Shown piece after piece: positions 17,330 to 20,000 of a DNA stretch of 20,000 nt. The translations under genes and the position numbers were made by a program. The notes under the pieces are model-generated. The model did no database searches and was not told the DNA's origin. It was given only the letters and a program-made list of their open reading frames with translations. This DNA is from an uncultured virus (IMG/VR IMGVR_UViG_3300028299_000004) (lineage: Duplodnaviria; Heunggongvirae; Uroviricota; Caudoviricetes): IMG/VR virus record IMGVR_UViG_3300028299_000004; one strand, 5' to 3'. The stretch's first letter is position 1; every line of letters begins with the position of its first letter.

Positions 17330-18157
17330 TTATTCTTTATATTTATAATTTTCAAATTTTTTATTCTTTGATTTTATTCTCCATCTAATAGTTGTTATAT
17401 GAATTCCTAATTCTCTCGATGCTTCTCCTAAACTTCTGTATTCTTTTTCATCAATAAAGAATGGAATGTTTTGTTCTCCAAAATATTGGCCACTCATTCG
17501 TTCACTTAGTTTCTTTTTGAATTCATCTGAATGTGTTTTTCCATAGAAGGAGTTTTTATCTCCTGTTCTTTTTGATGCAGCTTCTGATAATTTTTTCCTG
17601 ACTTCCTTAGCTTTTTCCTCACTGAGAAATTCCTCTATTTTTTTACCTTTATTATAAATATCATTATTTTTATAGAATTCTTTAAGTCGTTTACTAGTTT
17701 TCTCTTTCATTTCGTCAGACCAAGTATTACCAAAATTTGGATTTTTATGGCCAGTTAACCTATCAGAAAATAATTGTTTTTCTTCTTTTGACATATTCTC
17801 ATATCGTTTTCTAACAGCTTTTGTTATCTTTTTGATTATTTTTTCTCTATCTGGGTGATTTGTTAAGTTGTCTCCACCAGATGACTGAATACCAATATTA
17901 TAATATGGACTTAATGTATCTAAATAAAATTGTTCTCTTTCCAATAGTGTGTTTTCGTCACACTCTTCAATTATCTCAAAGATAAAAGAATCTTTACCAT
18001 ATTTATTCCATGATCTTTGTAGTATTATATTTATATGGGTATTGTGTTTAAGACTAGACCTATGTTGTGACCATCTTTTTTTCAATTCTTTTGATGATCC
18101 AATATAGAAATTATTATTTCTAGTGTTTAATATCTTATAAATACCAGAGTTTTTCAT
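17330..18157 (-). CDS. Free-standing GIY-YIG homing endonuclease (I-TevI/Seg-like) with NUMOD3 repeats and C-terminal HTH
   Basis: SGIYKI..FYIGSS..L.KRW..H, LQRSWNKYG..F.FEIIE, LLEREQFYLD..YN catalytic domain; NPNFGNTWSDE and NSFYGKTHSDE NUMOD3-like motifs; YRSLGEASRELGI HTH. Confidence 0.92.
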   Translation of the reverse strand: MKNSGIYKILNTRNNNFYIGSSKELKKRWSQHRSSLKHNTHINIILQRSWNKYGKDSFIFEIIEECDENTLLEREQFYLDTLSPYYNIGIQSSGGDNLTNHPDREKIIKKITKAVRKRYENMSKEEKQLFSDRLTGHKNPNFGNTWSDEMKEKTSKRLKEFYKNNDIYNKGKKIEEFLSEEKAKEVRKKLSEAASKRTGDKNSFYGKTHSDEFKKKLSERMSGQYFGEQNIPFFIDEKEYRSLGEASRELGIHITTIRWRIKSKNKKFENYKYKE

Positions 18158-18183
18158 ATAAGTATATAGTAAAAAACTCTGGT
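18143..18183 (-). promoter_or_regulatory. 12-bp hairpin enclosing TATATA promoter and start codon of the GIY-YIG gene
   Basis: accagagttttt (18143-18154) pairs with aaaaactctggt (18172-18183). The 17-nt loop holds the ATG (18157-18155) and TATATA (18168-18163). Confidence 0.7.
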
Positions 18184-18200
18184 CTAGAATTGTCGTTTAA

Positions 18201-19319
18201 TTAAACAGCTACCTCAACTTTGATGTTTGGATGTGATTGATAATCCTCTATTCTAATATCATCATACCTAAAGTCATATATACTTTTGATATTTTGATTT
18301 ATCATTAGTTTAGGTAATGGATAAGAATCTCTCTCACATATTTCTTTAACAGCGTCTATAGAATTATTGTATAGGTGGGCATCACCAATTGTATATACCA
18401 ATTCCTTTGGTATCATATTAGTCACTTGTGATATCATATGTAATAACAAAGAATATTCAGACACATTAAATGGATTTCCAAGGTAACAATCTTGACTTCT
18501 AATATAGAGTTGTAAACTTAATTCTCTTTCTGGGAATTTATAATGTTTCATTCCATCTGAGTGACTAATACCAATATCATTATAACCATTCTCCTTTATC
18601 CACTTGTTATATAAATGATATCTATCAATCTCTTTTATCTTTGATGAATAAAATTGGAACAGTAGATGACAAGGTGGGAGTAACATTTCATCAATTCTCA
18701 TAGGATTCCATGAGTCAACAATCATCCGACGACTATCAGGATTTTTCTTTAGTGTGTCAATAACACTGTCTATTTGATTGATACCATCTAGCTTTGTTAT
18801 TTTCTTGGTGCTTCGTCTTACAATATTGTCACCAACTTCCTCTACTTTATTATCAATGATTTCCATCATTTCTAGTGATCCACTATTCAACCATTGTTCA
18901 CCATACCCTGGTCCAATACTTCCGAATTTCATAGCGAAATCATCATCTAGTTTTATTCTTTCTTCAAATTGTTTCAGTGTTAATTTTTCTCCTGGGTTAT
19001 ATTCTAATTGTTTTATATACTCTTTATGTGGCCATTCAGACCAAAATGTCACTCCTTGCTGCAATAAATAACGAATATTGGTATTTCCAAATTTCTGCCA
19101 TTGTTCATCAAACGCTCCCAAAAACCATAATAATTCGTGAATAACAGATCTAGTATGTATCTTTCTAAGAGTCAACAAAGGAAACCCCTCACTCATTTTA
19201 AATCTCATCTGATGACCAAAAACAGAAATAGTACCAGTTCCAGTACGATCACTTTTTTTAACACCCTCTGTTAATATTTTCTCTATTAATTCTTTATATT
19301 GTCTATCAGTATTATTCAT
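18201..19319 (-). CDS. thyA: Thymidylate synthase
   Basis: DRTGTGT, FPLLT, ELLWFL, GPGYGEQW, NPDSRR, LPPCH (catalytic Cys), RSxD..LG.PFN, GDAHLY; uninterrupted ORF. Confidence 0.97.
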   Translation of the reverse strand: MNNTDRQYKELIEKILTEGVKKSDRTGTGTISVFGHQMRFKMSEGFPLLTLRKIHTRSVIHELLWFLGAFDEQWQKFGNTNIRYLLQQGVTFWSEWPHKEYIKQLEYNPGEKLTLKQFEERIKLDDDFAMKFGSIGPGYGEQWLNSGSLEMMEIIDNKVEEVGDNIVRRSTKKITKLDGINQIDSVIDTLKKNPDSRRMIVDSWNPMRIDEMLLPPCHLLFQFYSSKIKEIDRYHLYNKWIKENGYNDIGISHSDGMKHYKFPERELSLQLYIRSQDCYLGNPFNVSEYSLLLHMISQVTNMIPKELVYTIGDAHLYNNSIDAVKEICERDSYPLPKLMINQNIKSIYDFRYDDIRIEDYQSHPNIKVEVAV

Positions 19320-19371
19320 TTATAACTTATTTTTATTAAAAAAGTTTTTTACTAAAAATTAATCACATAAA

Positions 19372-19572
19372 TTACATATTTTTTAATTTTTCAATAATTT
19401 CATTTCCACCTTTTTTAAAATTATATTCTAATTTATTCAATAATAATTTTATATCATCCAAATTTAGTTCGGATTTGTTATTTAATTTTTCTATTAAATA
19501 ATTATTGGATTTTTTAAATCTATATTCTAATTTATTATATAGAAGTTCGTATTCGTTATTTGTTAGTTTCAT
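19372..19572 (-). CDS. Hypothetical protein (66 aa) made of two 33-aa repeats
   Basis: LLYNKLEYRFKKSNNYLIEKL and LLLNKLEYNFKKGGNEIIEKL; an identical 16-mer occurs at 19422-19437 and 19521-19536 (99-nt period). Confidence 0.75.
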   Translation of the reverse strand: MKLTNNEYELLYNKLEYRFKKSNNYLIEKLNNKSELNLDDIKLLLNKLEYNFKKGGNEIIEKLKNM

Positions 19573-19624
19573 ATCTATTTATTTTATTTTTATAAACTCA
19601 TCGGCTTCCATACATTTTCTAATT

Positions 19625-19677
19625 CCTCACTCATCTTAAATCTCTGTACTTCGTTATTGTTTATCTGTATTATTCAC
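19625..19677 (-). pseudogene. Vestigial, internally deleted copy of the thyA 5' end
   Basis: 19655-19676 matches thyA 19297-19318 at 20/22 nt ((V)NNTDKQ* vs MNNTDRQY). 19625-19644 matches thyA 19187-19206 at 19/20 nt (RFKMSE). The blocks are colinear. Confidence 0.7.
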
Positions 19678-19831
19678 CTATTTTTAAAATATTTTTTTTT
19701 ACCCATTCACGATTAAATAATGGTTTCATATGTTCATCCTCCATTACCATTATTCGTTCAGCTATATCAACTCTCATTCTCAATACATGTAGATATCTTT
19801 CTTCTTTTTCTAATTGGCTTGTTGTTTCCAT
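19670..19831 (-). CDS. Hypothetical protein (53 aa from the likelier ATG at 19831)
   Basis: METTSQLEKEERYLHVLRMRVDIAERIMVMEDEHMKPLFNREWVKKNILKIGE. The 12-codon upstream extension in the ORF track is an A-run leader with TTTAATAT. Confidence 0.6.
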   Translation of the reverse strand: METTSQLEKEERYLHVLRMRVDIAERIMVMEDEHMKPLFNREWVKKNILKIGE

Positions 19832-19884
19832 AATTTTCTTTTTTTTTAATATATTAAATTTTAACATAAAAGTTTATTAATAAA

Positions 19885-19910
19885 AAAACCCACAATTTAT
19901 TGTGGGTTTT
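19885..19910. terminator. Intrinsic terminator hairpin
   Basis: aaaacccacaa-ttta-ttgtgggtttt with a longer T-tract on the minus strand. Confidence 0.8.
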
Positions 19911-19925
19911 CATTTTTAATTCAAG

Positions 19926-20000
19926 TTATAATGTTTTAACAGTTTCCCCTTCTATTTTTATCTCACCTTCAGTTTTTACTTTATTTACTAAATTTTCAGC
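19926..20000 (-). CDS. 3' end of a gene entering from beyond the window
   Basis: Open frame AENLVNKVKTEGEIKIEGETVKTL*, followed 15 nt later by a terminator. Confidence 0.45.
   Translation of the reverse strand, partial: AENLVNKVKTEGEIKIEGETVKTL

Noticed and set aside
15788..19319. GT2 plus thymidylate-synthase homolog as a T4-like hydroxymethylcytosine glucosylation system
   Set aside because: The enzyme keeps the dUMP-specifying Asn (PFN) and canonical ThyA motifs rather than the Asp of dCMP hydroxymethylases, and the genes are in separate transcription units.
17330..19319. Group I intron in thyA hosting the GIY-YIG gene, as in T4 td
   Set aside because: thyA is an uninterrupted ORF with a normal C-terminus; the nuclease starts 43 nt after its stop, leaving no room for intron core structure.

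Overview
Very AT-rich 20 kb segment of a large T4-superfamily-like (jumbo/huge) myophage. The host is probably Bacteroidota: there is a TTTG-N20-TAnnTTTG host-type promoter, A-rich leaders without Shine-Dalgarno motifs, and a signal peptide followed by Gln. The minus strand carries the 5' end of the major capsid gene, a prohead protease fused to a repeat-rich scaffold, a gp6-like baseplate wedge, a 906-aa probable virion protein, a GT2 glycosyltransferase and thymidylate synthase. Four free-standing endonucleases of different architecture are interspersed. Signals not explained by the ORF track: (i) two convergent proteins with a capsid-targeting-like propeptide in front of a signal/lipoprotein-like segment; (ii) an unannotated ribbon-helix-helix gene coupled by an ATGA overlap to a PD-(D/E)XK nuclease, plus a solo RHH gene; (iii) a 12-bp hairpin enclosing the promoter and start codon of the thyA-linked GIY-YIG nuclease; (iv) a deleted vestige of the thyA 5' end just upstream of the intact thyA; (v) a recurring TATATA late-type promoter, with an identical bipartite version before both head genes. 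All family assignments come from motif recognition by eye; no searches were run.
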